DNA of 64,000 nucleotides, from contig JAUCBJ010007195.1 of assembly GCA_032718475.1 (NCBI GenBank), positions 1 through 64,000 on the forward strand, given 5' to 3'. Shown piece after piece: positions 10,326-24,661 of the stretch (the stretch's first letter is position 1; each line of letters begins with the position of its first letter). This DNA is from Nemertoderma westbladi. Taxonomy: Eukaryota; Animalia; Xenacoelomorpha. Below the pieces are notes generated by a model that saw only the letters and a list, made by a program, of their open reading frames with translations, ran no database searches and had not been told where the DNA came from. The position numbers were made by a program, and so were the translations under genes.

Positions 10326-12501
10326 TGTTACGATATATGGCGCTGTGTACTATTATCAGCCCATTATACAGTATAGAATATTTAGATAAGCCGTAATTAC
10401 ATGCAGCCATAGTTGGATAGGGAAAATAAAATATCCACATTCGTAGATCTTATCCATTTTGTATAGTATGTAGCCCTACGTACGTAATTTTGTAATAAAA
10501 TATAAATAAATAACATTTACGGTAGCAAGTTTCCTATAAAACCTTAATGCAAGCTTGCTGTTATTGGTATTAATCGAAATTAATCGTGTATTTGCATCAA
10601 TTTCCATTATATTTGTCTTTAAATTGGCCTTATATTAGATTGTGCTTAATGTACTTTAAATATCGCGAAATTAATGATAAGGATGACGCAATTCATTACC
10701 ATATATGGTAATAATTTGCGATTTTGAAACCCTGAGGTTCACAATCCGGCTTCCCTATTGGCCCAGCTGTTCCAGGTTGGTCTAGTGGTGGCGTGGATTG
10801 CTGAGCCAATGGGACGATTATTGCGTCATCCCTGTTGCATCACCTATAAATTGGCTGTGTTTCCGGTATGTGCATCTCAATCGCAATCTCGTTTTCTCTA
10901 TCTTTGGACCCTTTTTCCTGTATATTGTTTTCGCTTGCAATATTCGTAATTCTTTGTAATTATTTGTAAATTCTGATGTGTATCTTATTTCTCTTTAAAT
11001 TCTTTGCTGTGTTATCTCAATTATCAATGGTTACTGCAAATTACAACTTCGAACTATGATTTCTACCCTTTGATTAATAGTTTTCTATGTGATTTAAGAT
11101 GCGATAATCCCATGGGATTTCCTTCAGACTGCCAGACTGTTTGTGAATGCATGCGCCGCTACGGTAGCTATTCGTTCTAATGGAAGGCTAAGGTACCGGT
11201 AGTCGCGGCGAGCGCACCGGGGGGAAGCGACGAAGGGAGTGCAGAGGATTCAAAACTGGCAACGCTGGCGGGTCACTGTTGCGGTCGGGAGGTAGTCAGT
11301 GGGGACTGAAGACCTACCGTCGGTACAGTATTAGGGGGCTGATGATCCAGATTTTGTCTCTATTTGTAGTGTTAGGGGGCAGGACTTGGGTTAGTTAGGA
11401 AGCCTATATGTAGCCGGGGGAGGCCTTTATGTTCTACACTGCTAACTGTAAATTGTTGATTGCATACTGATACTATACTGGTATATACTATACTACTAGC
11501 TAATTGCTACGCTAATTCGTGTGTTGCTAAAGTGTGCCTGATTCTTGATTGTGACTGCTTAGATAGGCGCCTTTCCCTTGATTGATTTCTATTTCTTAGT
11601 TTACGTTTAATAATTGCTGATTAGGTCAAAATAAAAACAGTATTTAGGCTGTTGCTAGTGTAACCCAGTACATAATCAATTAGAATTGCGTATTCTGGAA
11701 AATTTAGTAATTAGTACGCTGTTCTGTATTTATGACTGTAATTAATTTGCGTTAAAATAAGAATTTGTACGCAGCATAGCAGAGAGTAGTTTAAGTAATT
11801 ATTTAGAATACTGTAGACTATTCACGCTAGGCGGTTATTTGAAAATAGCGGGCAACAAGCTGATAGCAGCATCCAGTATACAGTAGTAAGATGCTGGCCT
11901 AAAGCCAGCCGAAGGCAAGTTTAGACCCTAAATACAGTACCACGACTGGTCCCGGCAGGTCATTAAGTTATTTAAACATTCTCACATTCATCAATTCTGT
12001 TAGTGAATCCCAGTATTTGCGATAAGTGAACACGCTGAGTGTAAGCCACCCCACACTCGTTTTAAGTACAGTAGCTTAGGGAGCCGATTCGGGTTTATTG
12101 TTTTGGTTATTCCCGCGTGGCTCATAGATTCGAACAGTTAGCTCTCTGTCGAGCGATCGGTAGAGAAAGGAGCAAGCGATTTTGTAGGAGCCGTATACAA
12201 TTAGTAAAATATATTGGCGGACGGCCAGGTTAGCGCCATCCAGCGGTGAGAAGCAATTTTGTGTTTAGCAGCAGTGCAGCAGTAATAACGCGCTCCTGAT
12301 CGCCCCTGTTTAACAAGTTTGTTTGCGAGAATGCGTATATTGTGATCAAATTTGGTTATCTAGTGGTCGTTTTGAGATAACACCTGTTCCAGTATGGTGT
12401 GTAAACAACTTCCTAAGATTATAGTCCCTCTGCTTTATGACTCGATTAGTCACATCAATATGCCTTACTGTATGCTTGTAACCAATAAAACCTTGAAAAC
12501 A
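10326..12501 (+). mobile_element. Possible solo/3' LTR
   Basis: Starts TGTTA after a purine-rich stretch (GGAGGGAAA ~10293), contains TATAAA at ~10845 followed by pyrimidine-rich initiator-like sequence, ends AATAAA...AAACA. No second copy in the window, so unconfirmed. Confidence 0.3.
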
Positions 12502-12747
12502 TTGAAATTGGCAACAAAATTATTTTGAATGAAAAGTAACACAAAACTAATACCGATATAATTTATTCATTATTTTATTTCACTTTGGTGAAAAGCCATC
12601 ATTTACATTCACTAATAACTACAATTAATTAATTATAACATAATATAAAGAAAGTATATAATATAATAATAATATAATGAAAGGATATGCCTCACTTATT
12701 AGGTAAATTGTGTTACTTTGTAATTATAACTTCTCTTCAGTTCTGAC

Positions 12748-12898
12748 AATTACATCACTGCGTGAGAACGAACACTTTTCAACGTTACGGCTCGAGTGTA
12801 TTTATGTACCAAACGAGCGTAGCGAGCGAGGTTTACATAAATAAACAAGGGACTTTAACTCTGAATAGTGTCCTTTTCTTATAATGTTGCATGTAATT
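12748..12898. repeat. Imperfect ~150-bp palindrome (fold-back/MITE-like)
   Basis: AATTACAT...TATTTATGTA arm mirrored by TACATAAATA...ATGTAATT around a CGAGCGTAGCGAG centre. Confidence 0.6.
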
Positions 12899-13125
12899 TT
12901 GTTACATGTCAAATTATTTGCGTTCTCAACACTATATAATTGCAATGTTAAGAATAATAATGGAATTTATATCTATTTCAGACTATTTATTGAAGTTACT
13001 ACAATAACTGTTTGGTAAACAATTTTACAGAATCAGAATTCAATAGCAATCATCCATGCTGTACAAAGGCTAAAAAGATAATAATACTCAATCCATAAAA
13101 GCAGATAATGATTAATTGTTCCCGT

Positions 13126-14014
13126 GGACAATTGCCTCCCGGAATATTGCCCCTCGAGGACAACATACACCTCATGCAATTGAAACTCACCCCCAAACAA
13201 CCTACAAGAAAATGACTTCTTCACAAACACAAAATACATTATTTAAGTATGTTGAAAAACAATTAAGGCAAAGTTGCTAGTTAATTAACGCAATAAAAAC
13301 AAAACACAATTGAAGCGCCGATACGCGATATGGAGTATGTACGAAAAATTGGTTTAGAGAAAAACGCGAAAAACATATCTTTTTAATAGCTGGGTTTTTC
13401 ATATTAATCTTCCATTAAGTGCAAAGATACATAAATCTTCGTGTATGTGGAAATAGACCATACATTACAATAATACATAAAGTTGCTATAAAAAAAGATA
13501 CTCCTTTCCGGAATTGACCTGCATTTTTTTAATTGACATTTTAATGAAAGGATAATCCCTTTTAACACGAATATGATTGATGATTTTTTTGCACAGCCTT
13601 TAAGGAATAAATATTTTTTAACCACAAAAGTTTTTTGTGTATAGTGAGTTTTTAGAGCCTGGGAATGCCTCGAAAAGCTGCAAAGCTTTAGGAATCCTCT
13701 ATGTTATGTTGGACAATAGGCCTACCTATATACATTGTATATACAAGTGTATTTGTTATTGTTTTACATAATGTATAAATAAATATATCTATCTAGCTAC
13801 CAATATACGGCTGTAAAAAGGTCTGACTATTATTATTCTAGAACAAGAAACAACATATCAAAACAATGTAAAAATATAAGTAAAACGGTGTTATGACCTC
13901 GTTGGCAATACCGGTAGTCATCCGGGGCAATTAATTATCTAAGGGTTCCTTCGGTGCCAATTAATTTTCCGGGAGTAAACAACCCAGTTGGCAATAGTCC
14001 GGAGGCAATTCTCC
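13126..14014. mobile_element. Degenerate inverted-repeat pair, probable non-autonomous DNA transposon remnant
   Basis: GGACAATTGCCTCCCGGAATATTGCC (13126) versus reverse complement of 13989-14014 GGAGAATTGCCTCCGGACTATTGCCA. Confidence 0.4.
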
Positions 14015-15280
14015 TACAGTATTCGTTTCCTGTGATATTTTCATAATTTAACGAAATTGAGGAATCAATAATTTAATTAAAATCACAAAATTAAAATCTA
14101 GTCCCTAATATATTTATCCAATTTTTTGAAACCAACTTTTGCACTATCGACCCTATAAAACGTATCGAATATAATGACCTTAATATTAATATAGGCCTAC
14201 CGAACATGTCCGCCAATTTTTATAAAAATAATAAAGTAGTAACCTTTGTTTCATTTATATCAATATATTTCTATGAAAAGATCATTAAATTTTGAAAACA
14301 CCGGTAGCATAAAACATATGATCCTCTTCTACAATGTATGGGTTATATCCAGTGCCGGATTAAGCCACTGGTGGCCCTAAGGCCACCAGAGCCCTAATCT
14401 CCAAAAATGGCCCGAAAATTGATATTTTTCCGCAAACCCTTTCAAAAGAAAAAGCTGCTAAAAACTGTGAAAATGTTGCGAAGGAAATATAAAGTATTTT
14501 CGTTGGATGACTGACTGCGTGCAAATAAGTAGTAAGTACTTTAATAATAAGTACTTTGCAAAAATAGTTTTCATCAAGAATTGTAACATTACTAAACGGC
14601 ATATTATTATGACTATAAAACCTTTGATATAAAAAGTGTAATGGTTTTGGTAGAATTTCTCAAGCTATAATTTTTAATATATTAATGGGACCATTACTGC
14701 ATTACCCCAAATCTATTTGTTTTATTTATAAAGCTACTATTCTGAAACTTTAACACAATGATATGTGATCCTTTATATACTATGAACACTGCGTATAGAT
14801 AGCTTCATAAACCGTTTATTCGAAAAATATGGCACTTTTGAGCAGGTCGGTTTTTTTTTCAAAAATTTTATAAATTTTGAGGCATTTATATGTAAATTAG
14901 CTCACATTTAAGGATCTGTAAAACCATCTGCATTGAAGTTCTTGGTCCAAGACTTTGGTAAAATGGAGCTAGATATGTAGACTATCTTCTATGAAAATTT
15001 TAGCACAAAATTATTGCTTTTGGAAAATTTATGGGGGTTTTAGTATTTCCGGGCTATATTTTGGGATTGAAATATTTTGTAATAGAAAAAGTATAGAGTT
15101 ACAAAACCGGGTCTAGAAGATCCAAACAGCCATGTTTTACAAAACCAACGATTGTAGTCCTAAAGCTGCTGAACATTTTGGTATATGTTTGATGGAAATT
15201 GAGTAAAAAATAAAATAGTAGCAGGGAATTTAGTGATGAAAAAAGTCAATAATCGACAAACTGATAAAAAGGTTTTTATA

Positions 15281-18200
15281 TACTCTAACTATAACACACA
15301 AACTAACCTTAATTCTAACTATAACACACAAACTAACCTTTACTCTGACTATAACACACAAACTAACCTTAATTCTAACTATAACACACAAACTAACCTT
15401 AATTCTAACTATAACACACAAACTAACCTTAATTCTTACTATAACACACAAACTAACCTTTACTCTGACTATAACACACAAACTAACCTTTACTCTAACT
15501 ATAACACACAAACTAAGCTTAATTCTAACTATAACACACAAACTAAGCTTTACTCTAACTATAACACACAAACTAACCTTAATTCTAACTATAACACACA
15601 AACTAACCTTAATTCTTACTATAACACACAAACTAACCTTAATTCTAACTATAACACACAAACTAACCTTAATTCTAACTATAACACACAAACTAACCTT
15701 AACTCTAACTATAACACACAAACTAACCTTAATTCTAACTATAACACACAAACTAACCTTAATTCTAACTATAACACACAAACTAACCTTTACTCTGACT
15801 ATAACACACAAACTAACCTTTACTCTAACTATAACACACAAACTAACCTTAATTCTAACTATAACACACAAACTAACCTTAATTCTAACTATAACACACA
15901 AACTAACCTTTACTCTGACTATAACACACAAACTAACCTTAATTCTAACTATAACACACAAACTAACCTTTACTCTAACTATAACACACAAACTAACCTT
16001 TACTCTAACTATAACACACAAACTAAGCTTAATTCTAACTATAACACACAAACTAACCTTAATTCTAACTATAACACACAAACTAACCTTAATTCTAACT
16101 ATAACACACAAACTAACCTTAATTCTAACTATAACACACAAACTAACCTTAATTCTTACTATAACACACAAACTAACCTTTACTCTGACTATAACACACA
16201 AACTAACCTTTACTCTAACTATAACACACAAACTAACCTTAATTCTAACTATAACACACAAACTAACCTTAATTCTAACTATAACACACAAACTAACCTT
16301 AATTCTAACTATAACACACAAACTAACCTTAATTCTTACTATAACACACAAACTAACCTTTACTCTGACTATAACACACAAACTAACCTTAATTCTAACT
16401 ATAACACACAAACTAACCTTAATTCTAACTATAACACACAAACTAACCTTAATTCTTACTATAACACACAAACTAACCTTTACTCTGACTATAACACACA
16501 AACTAACCTTAATTCTAACTATAACACACAAACTAACCTTAATTCTAACTATAACACACAAACTAACCTTAATTCTTACTATAACACACAAACTAACCTT
16601 TACTCTGACTATAACACACAAACTAACCTTTACTCTAACTATAACACACAAACTAAGCTTAATTCTAACTATAACACACAAACTAACCTTAATTCTTACT
16701 ATAACACACAAACTAACCTTTACTCTGACTATAACACACAAACTAACCTTAATTCTTACTATAACACACAAACTAACCTTTACTCTGACTATAACACACA
16801 AACTAACCTTTACTCTAACTATAACACACAAACTAAGCTTAATTCTAACTATAACACACAAACTAAGCTTTACTCTAACTATAACACACAAACTAAGCTT
16901 AATTCTAACTATAACACACAAACTAACCTTAATTCTAACTATAACACACAAACTAACCTTTACTCTTACTATAACACACAAACTAACCTTAATTCTAACT
17001 ATAACACACAAACTAACCTTAATTCTAACTATAACACACAAACTAACCTTTACTCTGACTATAACACACAAACTAACCTTTACTCTAACTATAACACACA
17101 AACTAAGCTTAATTCTAACTATAACACACAAACTAACCTTAATTCTAACTATAACACACAAACTAACCTTTACTCTAACTATAACACACAAACTAACCTT
17201 AATTCTAACTATAACACACAAACTAACCTTAATTCTAACTATAACACACAAACTAACCTTAATTCTAACTATAACACACAAACTAACCTTAATTCTAACT
17301 ATAACACACAAACTAACCTTAATTCTAACTATAACACACAAACTAACCTTAATTCTAACTATAACACACAAACTAACCTTAATTCTAACTATAACACACA
17401 AACTAACCTTAATTCTAACTATAACACACAAACTAACCTTAATTCTAACTATAACACACAAACTAACCTTAATTCTTACTATAACACACAAACTAACCTT
17501 TACTCTGACTATAACACACAAACTAACCTTTACTCTAACTATAACACACAAACTAACCTTAATTCTAACTATAACACACAAACTAACCTTAATTCTAACT
17601 ATAACACACAAACTAACCTTAATTCTAACTATAACACACAAACTAACCTTAATTCTAACTATAACACACAAACTAACCTTAATTCTAACTATAACACACA
17701 AACTAACCTTAATTCTAACTATAACACACAAACTAACCTTTACTCTAACTATAACACACAAACTAACCTTAATTCTAACTATAACACACAAACTAACCTT
17801 AATTCTAACTATAACACACAAACTAACCTTAATTCTAACTATAACACACAAACTAACCTTAATTCTAACTATAACACACAAACTAACCTTAATTCTAACT
17901 ATAACACACAAACTAACCTTAATTCTAACTATAACACACAAACTAACCTTAATTCTAACTATAACACACAAACTAACCTTAATTCTAACTATAACACACA
18001 AACTAACCTTAATTCTAACTATAACACACAAACTAACCTTAATTCTAACTATAACACACAAACTAACCTTAATTCTAACTATAACACACAAACTAACCTT
18101 AATTCTAACTATAACACACAAACTAACCTTTACTCTAACTATAACACACAAACTAACCTTAATTCTAACTATAACACACAAACTAACCTTAATTCTAACT

Positions 18201-21200
18201 ATAACACACAAACTAACCTTAATTCTAACTATAACACACAAACTAACCTTAATTCTAACTATAACACACAAACTAACCTTAATTCTAACTATAACACACA
18301 AACTAACCTTAATTCTAACTATAACACACAAACTAACCTTAATTCTAACTATAACACACAAACTAACCTTAATTCTAACTATAACACACAAACTAACCTT
18401 AATTCTAACTATAACACACAAACTAACCTTAATTCTAACTATAACACACAAACTAACCTTAATTCTAACTATAACACACAAACTAACCTTAATTCTAACT
18501 ATAACACACAAACTAACCTTTACTCTAACTATAACACACAAACTAACCTTAATTCTAACTATAACACACAAACTAACCTTAATTCTAACTATAACACACA
18601 AACTAACCTTTACTCTAACTATAACACACAAACTAACCTTAATTCTAACTATAACACACAAACTAACCTTAATTCTAACTATAACACACAAACTAACCTT
18701 AATTCTAACTATAACACACAAACTAACCTTAATTCTAACTATAACACACAAACTAACCTTAATTCTAACTATAACACACAAACTAACCTTTACTCTAACT
18801 ATAACACACAAACTAACCTTAATTCTAACTATAACACACAAACTAACCTTAATTCTAACTATAACACACAAACTAACCTTTACTCTAACTATAACACACA
18901 AACTAACCTTAATTCTAACTATAACACACAAACTAACCTTAATTCTAACTATAACACACAAACTAACCTTAATTCTAACTATAACACACAAACTAACCTT
19001 AATTCTAACTATAACACACAAACTAACCTTAATTCTAACTATAACACACAAACTAACCTTAATTCTTACTATAACACACAAACTAACCTTTACTCTGACT
19101 ATAACACACAAACTAACCTTTACTCTAACTATAACACACAAACTAACCTTAATTCTAACTATAACACACAAACTAACCTTAATTCTAACTATAACACACA
19201 AACTAACCTTAATTCTTACTATAACACACAAACTAACCTTTACTCTGACTATAACACACAAACTAACCTTTACTCTAACTATAACACACAAACTAACCTT
19301 AATTCTAACTATAACACACAAACTAACCTTAATTCTAACTATAACACACAAACTAACCTTAATTCTAACTATAACACACAAACTAACCTTAATTCTAACT
19401 ATAACACACAAACTAACCTTAATTCTAACTATAACACACAAACTAACCTTAATTCTAACTATAACACACAAACTAACCTTTACTCTGACTATAACACACA
19501 AACTAACCTTTACTCTAACTATAACACACAAACTAACCTTAATTCTAACTATAACACACAAACTAACCTTTACTCTAACTATAACACACAAACTAACCTT
19601 AATTCTAACTATAACACACAAACTAACCTTAATTCTAACTATAACACACAAACTAACCTTAATTCTAACTATAACACACAAACTAACCTTTACTCTAACT
19701 ATAACACACAAACTAACCTTAATTCTAACTATAACACACAAACTAACCTTAATTCTAACTATAACACACAAACTAACCTTTACTCTAACTATAACACACA
19801 AACTAAGCTTAATTCTAACTATAACACACAAACTAACCTTAATTCTAACTATAACACACAAACTAACCTTAATTCTAACTATAACACACAAACTAACCTT
19901 AATTCTAACTATAACACACAAACTAACCTTAATTCTAACTATAACACACAAACTAACCTTAATTCTAACTATAACACACAAACTAACCTTAATTCTAACT
20001 ATAACACACAAACTAACCTTAATTCTAACTATAACACACAAACTAACCTTAATTCTAACTATAACACACAAACTAACCTTAATTCTTACTATAACACACA
20101 AACTAACCTTTACTCTGACTATAACACACAAACTAACCTTTACTCTAACTATAACACACAAACTAACCTTAATTCTAACTATAACACACAAACTAACCTT
20201 AATTCTAACTATAACACACAAACTAACCTTAATTCTAACTATAACACACAAACTAACCTTAATTCTAACTATAACACACAAACTAACCTTAATTCTAACT
20301 ATAACACACAAACTAACCTTAATTCTAACTATAACACACAAACTAACCTTAATTCTAACTATAACACACAAACTAACCTTAATTCTAACTATAACACACA
20401 AACTAACCTTAATTCTAACTATAACACACAAACTAACCTTAATTCTAACTATAACACACAAACTAACCTTAATTCTTACTATAACACACAAACTAACCTT
20501 TACTCTGACTATAACACACAAACTAACCTTAATTCTAACTATAACACACAAACTAACCTTAATTCTAACTATAACACACAAACTAACCTTTACTCTAACT
20601 ATAACACACAAACTAACCTTAATTCTAACTATAACACACAAACTAACCTTAATTCTAACTATAACACACAAACTAACCTTTACTCTAACTATAACACACA
20701 AACTAACCTTAATTCTAACTATAACACACAAACTAACCTTAATTCTAACTATAACACACAAACTAACCTTAATTCTAACTATAACACACAAACTAACCTT
20801 TACTCTAACTATAACACACAAACTAACCTTAATTCTAACTATAACACACAAACTAACCTTAATTCTAACTATAACACACAAACTAACCTTTACTCTAACT
20901 ATAACACACAAACTAACCTTAATTCTAACTATAACACACAAACTAACCTTAATTCTAACTATAACACACAAACTAACCTTAATTCTAACTATAACACACA
21001 AACTAACCTTAATTCTAACTATAACACACAAACTAACCTTTACTCTAACTATAACACACAAACTAACCTTAATTCTAACTATAACACACAAACTAACCTT
21101 AATTCTAACTATAACACACAAACTAACCTTAATTCTAACTATAACACACAAACTAACCTTAATTCTAACTATAACACACAAACTAACCTTAATTCTAACT

Positions 21201-24114
21201 ATAACACACAAACTAACCTTTACTCTAACTATAACACACAAACTAACCTTAATTCTAACTATAACACACAAACTAACCTTAATTCTAACTATAACACACA
21301 AACTAACCTTAATTCTAACTATAACACACAAACTAACCTTAATTCTAACTATAACACACAAACTAACCTTAATTCTACTATAACACACAAACTAACCTTA
21401 CTCTGACTATAACACACAAACTAACCTTTACTCTAACTATAACACACAAACTAACCTTAATTCTAACTATAACACACAAACTAACCTTAATTCTTACTAT
21501 AACACACAAACTAACCTTTACTCTGACTATAACACACAAACTAACCTTAATTCTAACTATAACACACAAACTAACCTTAATTCTAACTATAACACACAAA
21601 CTAACCTTTACTCTGACTATAACACACAAACTAACCTTAATTCTAACTATAACACACAAACTAACCTTAATTCTAACTATAACACACAAACTAACCTTAA
21701 TTCTAACTATAACACACAAACTAACCTTAATTCTAACTATAACACACAAACTAACCTTAATTCTAACTATAACACACAAACTAACCTTTACTCTAACTAT
21801 AACACACAAACTAACCTTTACTCTAACTATAACACACAAACTAACCTTAATTCTAACTATAACACACAAACTAACCTTTACTCTAACTATAACACACAAA
21901 CTAACCTTTACTCTAACTATAACACACAAACTAACCTTAATTCTAACTATAACACACAAACTAACCTTAATTCTAACTATAACACACAAACTAACCTTTA
22001 CTCTAACTATAACACACAAACTAAGCTTAATTCTAACTATAACACACAAACTAAGCTTAATTCTAACTATAACACACAAACTAACCTTAATTCTAACTAT
22101 AACACACAAACTAACCTTAATTCTAACTATAACACACAAACTAACCTTAACTCTAACTATAACACACAAACTAACCTTAATTCTAACTATAACACACAAA
22201 CTAACCTTAATTCTAACTATAACACACAAACTAACCTTAATTCTAACTATAACACACAAACTAACCTTTACTCTGACTATAACACACAAACTAACCTTTA
22301 CTCTAACTATAACACACAAACTAACCTTTACTCTAACTATAACACACAAACTAACCTTTACTCTAACTATAACACACAAACTAACCTTTACTCTAACTAT
22401 AACACACAAACTAACCTTAATTCTAACTATAACACACAAACTAACCTTTACTCTGACTATAACACACAAACTAACCTTAATTCTAACTATAACACACAAA
22501 CTAACCTTAATTCTAACTATAACACACAAACTAACCTTTACTCTAACTATAACACACAAACTAACCTTAATTCTAACTATAACACACAAACTAACCTTAA
22601 TTCTAACTATAACACACAAACTAACCTTTACTCTAACTATAACACACAAACTAAGCTTAATTCTAACTATAACACACAAACTAAGCTTAATTCTAACTAT
22701 AACACACAAACTAACCTTAATTCTAACTGTAACACACAAACTAACCTTAATTCTAACTTTAACACACAAACTAACCTTAAATCTAACTATAACACACAAA
22801 CTAACCTTAATTCTAACTATAACACACAAACTAACCTTAATTCTAACTATAACACACAAACTAACCTTAATTCTAACTATAACACACAAACTAACCTTTA
22901 CTCTGAACTATAACACACAAACTAACCTTTACTCTAACTATAACACACAAACTAACCTTAATTCTAACTATAACACACAAACTAACCTTAATTCTAACTA
23001 TAACACACAAACTAACCTTAATTCTAACTATAACACACAAACTAACCTTAATTCTAACTGTAACAAACAAACTAACCTTAATTCTAACTATAACACACAA
23101 ACTAACCTTAATTCTAACTGTAACAAACAAACTAACCTTAATTCTAACTATAACACACAAACTAACCTTAATTCTAACTATAACACACAAACTAACCTTA
23201 ATTCTAACTATAACACACAAACTAACCTTTACTCTAACTATAACACACAAACTAACCTTAATTCTAACTATAACACACAAACTAACCTTAATTCTAACTA
23301 TAACACACAAACTAACCTTAATTCTAACTATAACACACAAACTAACCTTAATTCTAACTATAACACACAAACTAACCTTAATTTTAACTATAACACAAAA
23401 ACTAACCTTAATTTTAACTATAACACACAAACTAACCTTAATTTTAACTATAACACACAAACTAACCGTAATTCTAACTATAACACACAAACTAACCGTA
23501 ATTCTAACTATAACACACAAACTAACCTTTACTCTAACTATAACACACAAACTAACCTTAATTCTAACTATAACACACAAACTAACCTTAATTCTAACTA
23601 TAACACACAAACTAACCTTAATTCTAACTATAACACACAAACTAACCTTAATTCTAACTATAACACACAAACTAACCTTAATTCTAACTATAACACACAA
23701 ACTAACCTTAATTCTAACTATAACAAACAAACTAACCGTAATTCTAACTATAACACACAAACTAAGCTTTACTCTAACTATAACACACAAACTAACCTTT
23801 ACTCTAACTATAACACACAAACTAAGCTTAATTCTAACTGTAACACACAAACTAACCTTAATTCTAACTATAACACACAAACTAACCTTTACTCTGACTA
23901 TAACACACAAACTAACCTTAATTCTAACTATAACACACAAACTAACCGTAATTCTAACTATAACACACAAACTAACCTTTACTCTAACTATAACACACAA
24001 ACTAACCTTAATTCTAACTATAACACACAAACTAACCGTAATTCTAACTATAACACACAAACTAACCTTTACTCTAACTATAACACACAAACTAACCTTA
24101 ATTCTAACTATAAC
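15281..24114. repeat. 30-bp satellite, block 1 (consensus AACTATAACACACAAACTAACCTTAATTCT)
   Basis: Direct tandem periodicity of 30 bp; main variants TTAATTCT/TTTACTCT; only two phase shifts (~21380-21400, ~22905). Confidence 0.99.
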
Positions 24115-24661
24115 TCACAGACTCTAGGCTTTCCAGGATTTGGAAGTCACCTAGAATTAATCGGAAACTTAAGGTCCGATTATTTAGAGCAGCAGTAGTT
24201 CCAGTACTCCTCTACGGGAGTCCATGCTGGGCTCTAACTGCTGAGGACACCAAATCTCTTGATGGCACATTCACAAGAATGCTACGCCGGGTACATTGTG
24301 TCAAGTACAATGCACACATCTCCAACCAGACACTATATAACATTGGAGGTGTCTCATTGGTTCCCCCAAGCTTGACACTAGAACAAAATCGCCTCCGCTT
24401 TGCAGGACATTGCTTTCGCCGTGAGGACGAGCCAGTGCATAATCTTGTACTTTGGCAGCCTCATGGAGTGAATAAGCATGGTGGACAGCCCATGACTTTC
24501 TTGAGACGCATCTTAAAGGACACTGGCCTTAAAGATGCGGATGATCTAGCAAATGTCATGGGTGATAGGGAGTTGTGGCGGCGCAATTTTGTTGACAAGC
24601 CGGCACAGCATTCTTAAAAATGCAGCTGCAATGCAGCATGCCGATCCTAGTAGTAGTAGTA
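24115..24661 (+). mobile_element. 5'-truncated RTE-clade LINE, 3' end with (TAG)n tail
   Basis: Translates LSRIWKS..INRKLKVRLFRAAVVPVLLYG..CW.LT...LDG.FTRMLRR...RLRFAGHCFR...DRELWR (RTE C-terminus); ends CTAGTAGTAGTAGTA; flanked by CTAACTATAAC at 24104-24114 and 24662-24672. Confidence 0.9.

Noticed and set aside
14350-14400. CAGTGCCGGATTAA plus hairpin resembling a DNA-transposon end
   Set aside because: No matching opposite terminus or transposase found in the window.
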